DNA of 64,000 nt from an uncultured Pseudomonadota bacterium (GTDB lineage Bacteria; Myxococcota_A; Polyangia; Fen-1088): contig CAWKBC010000027.1 in assembly GCA_963847705.1 (NCBI GenBank), forward strand, positions 672,001 through 736,000. The letters run 5' to 3'. The notes under the pieces were generated by a model. It was not told the origin of the DNA and searched no databases. It was given only the letters and a program-made list of their open reading frames with translations. Position 1 is the stretch's first letter. Each line of letters starts with the position of its first letter. This document shows, piece by piece, positions 30,679 through 39,717 of the stretch. A program made the translations under genes and the position numbers.

Positions 30679-31591
30679 ATGTTCCGCCTGGCCCACGTCA
30701 CCGATCCTCACTTCCGCAGCGCGCGCGGTGGGCAGGGCATCCGGGCCGGCGAGCTCTGGGGCAAGCGGGCCGTCGGCTACGTGAACCTGGTGGTGAACCG
30801 GGTCCGCAAGCACAAGATGGACCTGCTGGAAGACATGCGCGTCGATCTGCGCGCCCAGGCCCCCGATCACCTGGCGGTGACCGGCGATCTGTCGAACATC
30901 GCGGTCACGGCGGAGTGGCGCTCGGCGCTGGCCTGGCTCGACCTGTCGGGCGTGGCGCCCGAGGCCATCTCCGTCATCCCGGGCAACCACGACGCCTACG
31001 TGCCCGAGGTGCTGGCCACGCGCGAGTTCGAGCGGCTGTTCGCCCCGTACCAGACGAGCGATCTCGATCGCCAAGGGGACGCCGAGAGCGCCCACTACCC
31101 GTTCGTGCAGATCCGCGAGCCGCTGGCCCTGATCGGCGTCTCGAGCGCCGTCGCCACCGGCGACCTCGGCGCCTGGGGAGAGGTCGGCCAGGCGCAGCTC
31201 GCGCGCCTGGAGGCGATCTCTGAAGGCCCCCGAGCTCGCGGCGTTGACGCGTGTCGTGCTGGTGCACCACCCGCCCGTCCTCCACAAGGATGGCGAGCAC
31301 CGCAACCTGCGCGACCGCGATGCCTTCGCGCAGGTCCTGGCCCGCGCCGGCGCCGAGCTGGTCCTGCACGGTCATGACCACGAGGATCAGCGCGCCGAGC
31401 TGCCCGGGCCCGACGGCCGGGCGATCCCGGTGATCGGCGCCGGCTCGGCGTCGTACGCGGGCGGGCCGGAGCGCCGGGCCCGCTACAGCGTCTACGAGTT
31501 CGAGGGCCGAGCGATCACCTGGGTGAGCCGCGTCCACGACGAGGCGACCAGCTTCTTCCGCGAAGCCCGCCGCGAGCTCCTCGCGCCGTAG
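30679..31591 (+). pseudogene. calcineurin-like metallophosphoesterase with a +1 frameshift near 31219
   Basis: DPH, TGDL and GNHD in one frame; HHPP and HGHDH in the next; deleting one base in atctctgaag restores EAILKAPELAALTRVVLVHHPP. Confidence 0.8.
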
Positions 31592-31691
31592 GCGGGACCG
31601 GTCGATGGTTCGTGAGCGAGCCAGGTAGAGCAGAGCCTGAAATGCGCGCGGACCATTGCCTCGATTGGGGCGTCGATCCAGGTTAGCGGCG

Positions 31692-32585
31692 ATGCCGCCA
31701 ATCCGGGTGCTCCTGCAAACGACGATTCCCCGGACGAACGACGACTGGCACGTGGGCCGGTTTTCCTTGCTGCGCGACCACCTTGCCGCCTGGCGGGACG
31801 CCGACGGGCGCCCCGTCTGTGAAGTGATCGCGCGCGATCGCGAGAGCGCCGAGGACGACCCGGTGCTGAGCCGCCTCGGGGATCGAGCGTTCGACGAGCT
31901 GTGGCTGTTCGCCGTGGACACGGGGCAGGGGCTCACCGCGCGCGAGCAAGAGGCGCTGTTCGAGTTCCACGCGCGCGGCGGCGGCATCTTGGCCGCGCGC
32001 GACCATCAGGATCTGGGCACCTCGTTGTCCGGGATCCCCTGCCTCGGCGTCCTCGAACACTTTCACCGGCTTCAGCCCGAGAGCGAGGAGGCGCGGCGCC
32101 AGCCGGACGACGAGAACGCGCAGATCTCCTGGCCCAACTACCACTCCGGCTGGAATGGCGATCTTCAGTCCATCGTCGCCACCGACCCCCTCCACCCGCT
32201 CCTGTTCCGCGACGGCCGCTCTTCCGAGGGGGGCGTCCTGGCCCGTTTCCCGGCGCACCCGCACGAGGGGGCGGTGGGACCGTTGCCGGACGATCCCAGC
32301 GCTCGCGTGGTGGCGACGGGGCACAGCACGCGCACCGGCCGCGCCTTCAACCTGGTCGTCGCCGCCGAGCGGAAGCCCGGCGACGATGGCCGGCAGCACG
32401 GCCGCCTGGTCGCTCACTCGAGCTTCCACCACCTCTGCGACTACAACTGGGATCTCACCCAAGGAGCGCCGTCGTTTGTCGACGATCCGCCGGGGTCGCA
32501 GGTGGCGGCCGATCCCCACGCGCTCGACGACATCAAGGCGTACGTCCGGAACGCCGTGCGCTGGCTGGCGCCCGGCCCGGACTGA
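31692..32585 (+). CDS. hypothetical protein, possible class I glutamine-amidotransferase/ThuA-like fold
   Basis: FDELWLF, GGGILAARDHQDLG and terminal YVRNAVRWL suggest this fold. Confidence 0.65.
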   Translation: MPPIRVLLQTTIPRTNDDWHVGRFSLLRDHLAAWRDADGRPVCEVIARDRESAEDDPVLSRLGDRAFDELWLFAVDTGQGLTAREQEALFEFHARGGGILAARDHQDLGTSLSGIPCLGVLEHFHRLQPESEEARRQPDDENAQISWPNYHSGWNGDLQSIVATDPLHPLLFRDGRSSEGGVLARFPAHPHEGAVGPLPDDPSARVVATGHSTRTGRAFNLVVAAERKPGDDGRQHGRLVAHSSFHHLCDYNWDLTQGAPSFVDDPPGSQVAADPHALDDIKAYVRNAVRWLAPGPD

Positions 32586-32741
32586 GGCGCCGGCGGATGC
32601 AGGCGGCTTCTTTTTCGGGCGATCCCGGTCGCTGTCACCGGCCCGCGACTTGACCGTTGCGAACCCGTCGTCTGGCGGCTACGGAGTTTTCGCGCGCCGG
32701 AAACGACGCGTTGACCAAATTTCTGTGATCCTGCCGACTGC

Positions 32742-33692
32742 GTGCAAGCACGAGGTCGAAACGAGGGGCGAGAGGGTGTTGGTGGTGCGGCCGTCGGTGG
32801 CGCACCGGCCTCGCGGGGTTTCTCGGCGCAGCTGCGCGGCGCGAGCCTCTGGGATCTGATCCAGATGGAGTGTCTGGCGCGCTCGCACCGGGTGGTGCAG
32901 GTGATCGGCGAAGGGGGCGTCGGATACCTCTACTTCGATCGCGGACAGGTGGTGCATGCGACCACGGCGCAACGGACAGGTGAGGCCGCGGCGCTGGAGA
33001 TCCTCGACTGGACCAACGGATCGTTCCAGAGCTGTGAGCGTGGCTGGCCGGCCCAAGCGACCATCCGCACCTCGCACGAGGGCCTGATTCTGCAGGCCGC
33101 CCAGCTGCGGGATGAACGCAGCGCCTCGAATCTGGTGGCCTTCCCGGCGCGCGGCGTGGCGGGCGACGACGTCGACCGCTACGAAGAGCTGGAGTTGAGC
33201 GAGCTCGAAGACGAGGACCACGACGAAGAGGAGACCGAGGCGTACGCGGAGGCAGCGCAAGAGGCGCAAAAGGCGCGAGAGGCGAGACAGGCGAGACAGG
33301 AAGGAGCAGCCGAGATGAGGAGCCCTGGGAGCGATGAAGCGGCGCTGACCCCCAAACCGGTGGCGAGCACCGCGAATGGTGCGGGGAGCGCGAACAGTGG
33401 TCGCTCCGAGCTGGGTCTGCTGGGCGACTTCTCGGTCATGATGCGGCTCGGGCCCAACGGCGCGGTGGTGAGCAACCGGGGCGGCAACGAAGAGCTGGCC
33501 GAGACGGTGGCCTACTCGCACCGCCTCTTGCAGTTGACCGGGGAGCTTCTGGGATTCGACAAGTTCTCGGCGGTCGAGTGCGGGTTCGTCGAAGGGCGCT
33601 GCATCGTCTTCTCCGACGGCGACGAGGTCGTGACGCTCCGGCCGCGCCCGGAGGTCAACCTGCAGACCCTGCGCGAGAGGCTGGGGTTGTGA
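32742..33692 (+). CDS. DUF4388 (PatA-N-like) domain protein
   Basis: GFSAQLRGASLWDLIQM...GYLYFDRGQVVHA...ILDWTNGSF; acidic linker. Confidence 0.85.
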   Translation: MQARGRNEGREGVGGAAVGGAPASRGFSAQLRGASLWDLIQMECLARSHRVVQVIGEGGVGYLYFDRGQVVHATTAQRTGEAAALEILDWTNGSFQSCERGWPAQATIRTSHEGLILQAAQLRDERSASNLVAFPARGVAGDDVDRYEELELSELEDEDHDEEETEAYAEAAQEAQKAREARQARQEGAAEMRSPGSDEAALTPKPVASTANGAGSANSGRSELGLLGDFSVMMRLGPNGAVVSNRGGNEELAETVAYSHRLLQLTGELLGFDKFSAVECGFVEGRCIVFSDGDEVVTLRPRPEVNLQTLRERLGL

Positions 33693-34207
33693 CCGGGCAG
33701 GAGGCGGTGGCCCTCGGTGAGGGGGTTCGCACGAGCCTGGCCACGCTCAAGGACGTGGCCGGCATCGCCGGCAGCTTCGTCTGCACGACCAGCGGCCGCT
33801 TGATCGCCCGGGAGATCCCGGCGCTGTTCGAGGATGCCGTCCTGGCCGAGGCCGGAAGCCGCCTGCTGCGCATTGGTGAGACCTTCGCCGCCAGCGGCGA
33901 CACGCTGGAGTTCGCGGTGGTCCGCTATGGAGAGAACCGTCTCTACCTGAAGGCGGTCGCAGGCGGAATGCTCTGCATCGTGGTGGCCGGCGAGGTCAAC
34001 ATGCCGGCGCTCCGCATGGCGGCCAACCTGGTCGGGCGGCGGATCGCGCCCGCGGTGTCCCGGGCCGAGACGGAGCTGCCGCCGCCGGCCTTCGAGGCGC
34101 CGCCGCAACGTCCGACGCCGACGGCGCTGGCGGTGCCGACGAGCGTGCCGCCGCCGGCGTCGCCGGTCGTGCCGGGGCGCCGGTTTCGCGGACGGACAGT
34201 CGACTAG
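33689..34207 (+). CDS. Roadblock/LC7 (MglB-like) domain protein
   Basis: GTGA overlap with the DUF4388 stop; LKDVAGIAGSFV...GRLIA...VNMPALRMAAN; Pro-rich tail. Confidence 0.75.
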   Translation: MTGQEAVALGEGVRTSLATLKDVAGIAGSFVCTTSGRLIAREIPALFEDAVLAEAGSRLLRIGETFAASGDTLEFAVVRYGENRLYLKAVAGGMLCIVVAGEVNMPALRMAANLVGRRIAPAVSRAETELPPPAFEAPPQRPTPTALAVPTSVPPPASPVVPGRRFRGRTVD

Positions 34208-34275
34208 GCAGCACGGCCGACGAGACAACCAGGACGGTGGCGCGCGAGCGCCCGCGACGAGGAGAAAGCGACGAC

Positions 34276-35796
34276 ATGGTGGCGAGGTTCAAGACGTTGT
34301 GGCGCAGCCCGGAATCGCGAAAGGTTCTCTACGCCATCCTGGGCGGCAAGGCGATCGGGCTGGGGATCATCCTGGCTGTTCTCTGGGGATTGCCGAGCTA
34401 CTTCGGGCACCCGGCCCAGGCGGCCGACGCCGCCGGCGCGCACTCCGAGTGTGTGAACCCGCTCAACACGGCCTGGACGCTGAGCGCCGCGTTCCTCGTC
34501 TTCTTCATGCAGGCGGGCTTTCTCTTCCTCGAGGCCGGCTTCGCGCGCACGCGCGAGACGGTCAACGTGCTCCTCGAGGGGATCGTCGACACCTGCCTGT
34601 GCGGCGCCCTCTTCTGGGCCTTCGGGTTCGCCTTCATGTTCGGCGCCGGCAACGGCTTCATCGGCCTGCAGTACTTCTTCCTGCACGGCGCGCCCGAGAC
34701 CTACGGCTCGACCGGCGTTCCCATCGAGGCCTTCTGGCTGTTCCAGTTCGCCTTCGCCGACACCTGCAGCACCATCACTTCGGGGGCGATGGTGGGGCGG
34801 ACGTCGTTCGCCGGGGATCTCTGGTACAGCATCGGCGTCAGCGGGTTCATCTATCCGATCTTCGGCCACTGGGCCTGGGGCCCGGACGGCTGGCTGAACA
34901 ACATCCACCCGGTGGCGTTCCACGACTTTGCCGGATCGACGGTGGTGCACACCATCGGCGGCTTCATCGCGCTGGCCGGGGCCATGGCGCTGGGACCGCG
35001 GCTGGGACGCAAGTTTGCGCGCGACGGCGGCGGCATCATGGCGGGGCACAACATGACCCTGGCTGCGGTCGGCGGCGTCATCCTCTGGTTCGGCTGGTAC
35101 GGCTTCAACCCCGGCAGCACGCTGTCGGCGATGGATCTGCGCGGCATCGGGCGCGTGGCCACCAACACGACGCTGGCCGCCTGCGCCGGCGGCCTGTCGG
35201 CCCTGGCGTTCATCTATGTGCGCGGCAAGTACTGGGACTGCGGCATCACGGTGAATGGCTTTCTCTCGGGGCTGGTCGCCATCACCTGCCCCTGCTACTG
35301 GGTCTCGCCGACCGGGGCGTTCATTCTGGGCGCCATCGCCGGCGTGGTCTGCTGCCTGTCGGTCGACCTCTTCGAGTACCTGCGGATCGACGATCCGGTG
35401 GGCGCCGTTTCGGTGCACGGGGTTTGTGGGATCTGGGGGACGCTGAGCCTGGGGCTGTTCGCCACCGGCCAGTACGGGGCGCCGGGCCAGTACGGCGCCG
35501 ACACGTCGACGACGGTGCGCGGGCTGTTTTACGGCGGCGGGACCAACCAGCTGGTCGCGCAGGTGACCGGGAGCTTCTGCATCTGCGGCGCGACCTTCGT
35601 CGCCTCGCTCATCATGATGTACGGCCTCAAGGCGCTGGGCGTGCTGCGGCTCTCGGCCGAGCGGGAGCTGGCAGGGATGGACATCACCGAGCACGGTGGG
35701 CCGGCCTACCCGGAGCTGGTCCCGATCGACGCCGCCGATCCCCGGCGCGACCTGCTGCGCGAGCCGTCGACCGCGCTTCTGCCCCTGCCGCGCTGA
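34276..35796 (+). CDS. amtB: ammonium transporter
   Basis: FMQAGF, FQFAFA, DFAGSTVVH, WFGWYGFN, DDPVGAVSVHG (both pore histidines present). Confidence 0.95.
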   Translation: MVARFKTLWRSPESRKVLYAILGGKAIGLGIILAVLWGLPSYFGHPAQAADAAGAHSECVNPLNTAWTLSAAFLVFFMQAGFLFLEAGFARTRETVNVLLEGIVDTCLCGALFWAFGFAFMFGAGNGFIGLQYFFLHGAPETYGSTGVPIEAFWLFQFAFADTCSTITSGAMVGRTSFAGDLWYSIGVSGFIYPIFGHWAWGPDGWLNNIHPVAFHDFAGSTVVHTIGGFIALAGAMALGPRLGRKFARDGGGIMAGHNMTLAAVGGVILWFGWYGFNPGSTLSAMDLRGIGRVATNTTLAACAGGLSALAFIYVRGKYWDCGITVNGFLSGLVAITCPCYWVSPTGAFILGAIAGVVCCLSVDLFEYLRIDDPVGAVSVHGVCGIWGTLSLGLFATGQYGAPGQYGADTSTTVRGLFYGGGTNQLVAQVTGSFCICGATFVASLIMMYGLKALGVLRLSAERELAGMDITEHGGPAYPELVPIDAADPRRDLLREPSTALLPLPR

Positions 35797-35815
35797 GAGG
35801 GGGCGCGGCCCGCGG

Positions 35816-37192
35816 TTACTCGCCGGGCCCGTCTTTGACGATCGCCAGCGGGGCGCTGCTGTCGCGCGCCTGGCGCGGCTCGAGGGAGGCCGGACCCGAC
35901 TCGGCCAGCAGCCCGGCGGCGGGCATCAGATCGGCGATGGTCAGCCCGGCGATCCGGCGCTTGCGCTCCTCGTCGAGCTCGACCACCAGCTCTCGCAAGG
36001 CAGGCGAGGTCGCGCCGTGGGCGATCTCGACGTCGGTCGAGCGAAACGCCGCCAGCACCTCCTCGAGCCGGATCGCCGTCGCCGCCCGCCCCGGGACGTA
36101 GCCGTTGAGATCGCCGCGCACCTCGGCGATGAGGCCGCGCGCCTTCAGCCGGGCCACGACCCGTTCGATGTTGTGCGGGGTCAGGCCAAACTCGGTCACC
36201 AGGCGCTCCTTGGAGTGACCGGCGCCGCCCGCCTCGTGGGTCGCCGCCACGGCCGCCAGGATCTGGGCCGCCACCAGGCCATTGATCGGCTCGTCGTCGC
36301 GCTGCCGCCGGTCTTCCGCCTCGAGCAGCCGCAGGTTCTGCAGGGCGTGGGTGATCTCGGCGCCCAGCAGGATCAGCACCCAGGCGGCGTAGATCCAGAC
36401 CAGCACCAGCGGCACCAGGCCCAGCGGCCCGTACACGCTGTTGTAGCTCTTGAGCATGATCCGCTCGGCGAAATGCACGAAGAGGTACTTGGTCGCCTCC
36501 AGCAGCCAGGCCGTCGCCAGCGCCCCCGCGGCCGCTGCCGACCACTCCACGTTGGTGCGCGGCAGGAGCTTGTTCATGAGGACCAGGCCCAGAAGCTCGA
36601 TCATGAAGGGCGCGAAGAAGCGCGTCATGCCGTCCGCGGAGATGAGCCGCCCCGACCAGTAGAGCGAGAACCCCGCCAGCGTCGGCAGCAGCGTGACCAT
36701 CGCGTAGAAGGTGAGGAATTTTCCGATCAGCGTGCGCCGCTGGCCCACCCGCCAGATGTCGTTGAAGATCCGCTCGACGTAGCTGTAAAGCGAGTAGCAG
36801 GTGACGATGGTGAAGATGAGACCGCCGCCCCCGAGCGCGCCGATGCTGACCTTGCCGGCGAACGACTGGATCCGCTCGCTGACGTCGGACATCCGTGGGA
36901 AGACGTGCTCGGAGAAGAACTGCAGGAGCCGCGACTCGGCGTCGAGCGAGCCGACGCCCCGCAGGATCGAGAAGGCGATCGCCGTGACCGGCACCAGCGA
37001 GAGCGCCGTCTGGAACGCCAGCGCCGCCGCCTGCTGGGGGCACTTGTCGCGCGCCCACTGCGCCAGGATCCGGATCGACAGCCGGTAGACGAAGATGGCC
37101 GCCCGCGCCCGGCGCGACAGCCGCAGGGTCGCGCCGGCGGTGTAGGGGTTGGTCTCCAGGAAGACCCGGAACTGGTTGAACGTCCGCCGCAT
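35816..37192 (-). CDS. YihY/BrkB family membrane protein with C-terminal winged HTH
   Basis: AAALAFQTALSLVP, YGPLGLVPLVLVWIY...LGAE; C-terminal LKARGLI...GYVP. Confidence 0.88.
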   Translation of the reverse strand: MRRTFNQFRVFLETNPYTAGATLRLSRRARAAIFVYRLSIRILAQWARDKCPQQAAALAFQTALSLVPVTAIAFSILRGVGSLDAESRLLQFFSEHVFPRMSDVSERIQSFAGKVSIGALGGGGLIFTIVTCYSLYSYVERIFNDIWRVGQRRTLIGKFLTFYAMVTLLPTLAGFSLYWSGRLISADGMTRFFAPFMIELLGLVLMNKLLPRTNVEWSAAAAGALATAWLLEATKYLFVHFAERIMLKSYNSVYGPLGLVPLVLVWIYAAWVLILLGAEITHALQNLRLLEAEDRRQRDDEPINGLVAAQILAAVAATHEAGGAGHSKERLVTEFGLTPHNIERVVARLKARGLIAEVRGDLNGYVPGRAATAIRLEEVLAAFRSTDVEIAHGATSPALRELVVELDEERKRRIAGLTIADLMPAAGLLAESGPASLEPRQARDSSAPLAIVKDGPGE

Positions 37193-37267
37193 CCCTGGGA
37201 TCAGTAGAAACCCTGGCGGGGCATCCCGGCAAGAGAAGTCCGCGCGGGGAGCCACATTGGCGGTGCC

Positions 37268-38287
37268 TCAGCGCAGTGCGGCCAGAATCGCGGCGAAGGC
37301 GTGCGGTGTCCGGATCATGTCGCGGTGGCGGGTGACCGGAATCTTGACCACCTCGGGCTCGGCGCCCGCCCAGGCGTGCGCCGCCTCCACGGCGATGGTG
37401 CCGTCCCCGTCGGTCAGCGCGGCCTGGGACAACCCCGCCAGCCGCCCTTCGCCCGGGAGGCGGGCGCGCCCCTTCTCCACGACAATCCGAACCTGCGTCG
37501 GCAGTCCGGTGCCGCAGATGCAGATCAGCCGGCGCGGCGCCGCCGCCCCGTCGAGGACACGGTAGAGCTCCCGCACGCCGGCCAGCCGCTTGGCCACCGC
37601 CGCGATCCAGACGGGATCGTCCGGGTGGCGCCGGAACACCGACATGTGCAGCCGCCGCCAGGTCTCGACGTCGTAGAGGTCATGGCCGGCGTCGTCGGGC
37701 AGGAACTGCGCGCTGCCCGGTTCGGGGATCGAATCGAGCCCTCCCGGGCAGGACATGAACTCCTCGGGCGTCACCCGCCGACCGAGCGGCGCGAAGCGAA
37801 ACCCGGCGTCCAGACAGGCGACCGTCTCGACGGTGCCGGCGTGCGCTCCTCCCGAGGTGACCACCCGCTCGACCGGGAGCGTCCGGTCGGCCGCGTAGGC
37901 GGCGCGGACGATCGGACCGCCGTTCGAGAGCCCCAGGATATCGATCGCCTCCCCGGAGGTCGTGGCCAGGCGCCGCACCTCGGCCGCCAGGGTGACGCCG
38001 AGATCGACCACCGGTCGCCGCCAGTCGTAGGCGAAGTAGTGCAGGGTCTCGCCGCGTCGGTAACCCCCGTCGCAGAGCGCCTTTTCGAGCGCGCCGACCA
38101 GGTCGTACTTGAAGCCGAACAGCAGCGGGAGGCCGCGCAGGATCTCCTTGGGCCCGCCGCGCAGCCCGGCCAAGGTTCCGATCGGCGGCCCACCGTAGAG
38201 CTGCTTGAACTGCCCCCAGATGTAGCCGAGCTCAGCGTCGTAGATCTCGGTGCAGAAAAGCCCCGGGACCACCAGCAGCGGGCGCAA
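37268..38287 (-). CDS. alpha/beta-hydrolase (LCAT/lipase-like)
   Basis: VVPGL, FAYDWRR, nucleophile elbow GLSNGG, GDGTI, terminal HRDMI. Confidence 0.85.
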   Translation of the reverse strand: MRPLLVVPGLFCTEIYDAELGYIWGQFKQLYGGPPIGTLAGLRGGPKEILRGLPLLFGFKYDLVGALEKALCDGGYRRGETLHYFAYDWRRPVVDLGVTLAAEVRRLATTSGEAIDILGLSNGGPIVRAAYAADRTLPVERVVTSGGAHAGTVETVACLDAGFRFAPLGRRVTPEEFMSCPGGLDSIPEPGSAQFLPDDAGHDLYDVETWRRLHMSVFRRHPDDPVWIAAVAKRLAGVRELYRVLDGAAAPRRLICICGTGLPTQVRIVVEKGRARLPGEGRLAGLSQAALTDGDGTIAVEAAHAWAGAEPEVVKIPVTRHRDMIRTPHAFAAILAALR

Positions 38288-38388
38288 GGTCGTGACACGG
38301 TAGCAGAGGCCGGCCTCAGGCTCGAATTCTTCGCTGCCGCCCGGAACGTTTTGAGGATTTGAGTGACTGTTGTATCCACAGAAGGCGG

Positions 38389-39717
38389 ATGCCCCCAGTC
38401 GACCAAACCAACACGGAGACCGAGGAGTCTCCGTCCGGCAACTCTCCGCAAAAGCACGCGGTTCTGCTGATCTCGGCGTTCGGCGCGCGACGCGAGATCC
38501 GCTTGCCGCTGGAGGGCGCGGTGACCATCGGCCGTGGGCCGGCGACCTCGGGTTCGGCGTCCTTCGAGGATCGGCTGCTGTCGCGTGAGCACCTGCGGAT
38601 CACCCGCAAGGCTCGCGGATACGAGATCGAAGACCTGGGGAGCCGGAACGGGACGTTCCTGGACGGCCCGAGGCTCGAGCGGCCGACCCGTCTGTCGGAT
38701 GGGGCCCTGGTCCTGTTCGGACATCATGTCGGCGTCTTCCGGTGGGCCTCCGATGCCGAGCTGGCGGCCCTGCAGCAGGACGCCGCCGCCCCGTTCGGAC
38801 CTCTGCCGACGTTCTCACCCGCGCTGGCGCTGACCTACGCGCGGCTTCGCAAGCTGGCCCGCACCGACGCGGAGCTCTTGCTGGTTGGCGAGACCGGCGT
38901 GGGCAAGAAGGTCTGCGCGCGCGCCCTTCACCGGGCCTCCGGACGCAAGGGGCGGTTCGTGGCCATCAACTGCGCTGCGTTGCCAGCCGCGCTGGTGGAG
39001 AGGGAGCTGTTCGGCGCCTCGGCGGGCGCCGAGGCGACAGCCAAGGGCGCCAGCGTCGGGCTCGTCGAGGCAGCGGAAGGGGGGACGCTGCTGCTGGACG
39101 AGATCGGCGAATTGGTGCCCGCGCTCCAGGCGAAGGTCTTCCGCTTCCTGCAGGATCGCACCTACAGCCCGCTCGGCTCGACCAGACGTCGCCGGGCCGA
39201 CGTCCGGGTGATCGCCTCGACCGCGCGCCAGGGGATCGGCCTGGGAGCCGGCGCGATGCACGGCGACCTGGTCGCGCGGCTGGGGGCCGATCCGATCGCC
39301 ATTTCACCGCTGCGGAAACGGGCGGAGGAGATCCTCTCCCTGGTGGCGCACTTCGGCGAGGGGACCCTTCGCGAGATCGAGCCTGCCGCGGTCCGGGCGT
39401 TGTGCCTCTACGGTTGGCCCCTCAACGTCCGGGAGCTGGAAAAGACCGTGGCCAACGCGCTCGCCCTGACCGTCGGCGTCCGCCTCCGCCTCGACCACCT
39501 GCCGGCCGTCATCCGGGGCGCCCTGCAGCGAGGCGCCCCCATCGAAGCCCACCGCCGCGACCCGCGCCCCGCTCCCAACAGCGCCGAGCTGGAGCAGCTC
39601 TTGAAGCAACATGACGGCAACGTCGCCAGCGTGGCGCGAGCACTCGACCGGAAATGGAACGTGGTCTGGCGGTGGGTCGTGAAGTACAAGCTGCGGCCGG
39701 AGACCTTCCGTGACTGA
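38389..39717 (+). CDS. FHA-domain sigma54-type enhancer-binding protein with degenerate GAFTGA
   Basis: FHA (IGRG, SREH, GSRNGT); AAA+ (GETGVGK, NCAAL, LDEIGE, WPLNVREL); Fis-like HTH. Confidence 0.9.
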   Translation: MPPVDQTNTETEESPSGNSPQKHAVLLISAFGARREIRLPLEGAVTIGRGPATSGSASFEDRLLSREHLRITRKARGYEIEDLGSRNGTFLDGPRLERPTRLSDGALVLFGHHVGVFRWASDAELAALQQDAAAPFGPLPTFSPALALTYARLRKLARTDAELLLVGETGVGKKVCARALHRASGRKGRFVAINCAALPAALVERELFGASAGAEATAKGASVGLVEAAEGGTLLLDEIGELVPALQAKVFRFLQDRTYSPLGSTRRRRADVRVIASTARQGIGLGAGAMHGDLVARLGADPIAISPLRKRAEEILSLVAHFGEGTLREIEPAAVRALCLYGWPLNVRELEKTVANALALTVGVRLRLDHLPAVIRGALQRGAPIEAHRRDPRPAPNSAELEQLLKQHDGNVASVARALDRKWNVVWRWVVKYKLRPETFRD

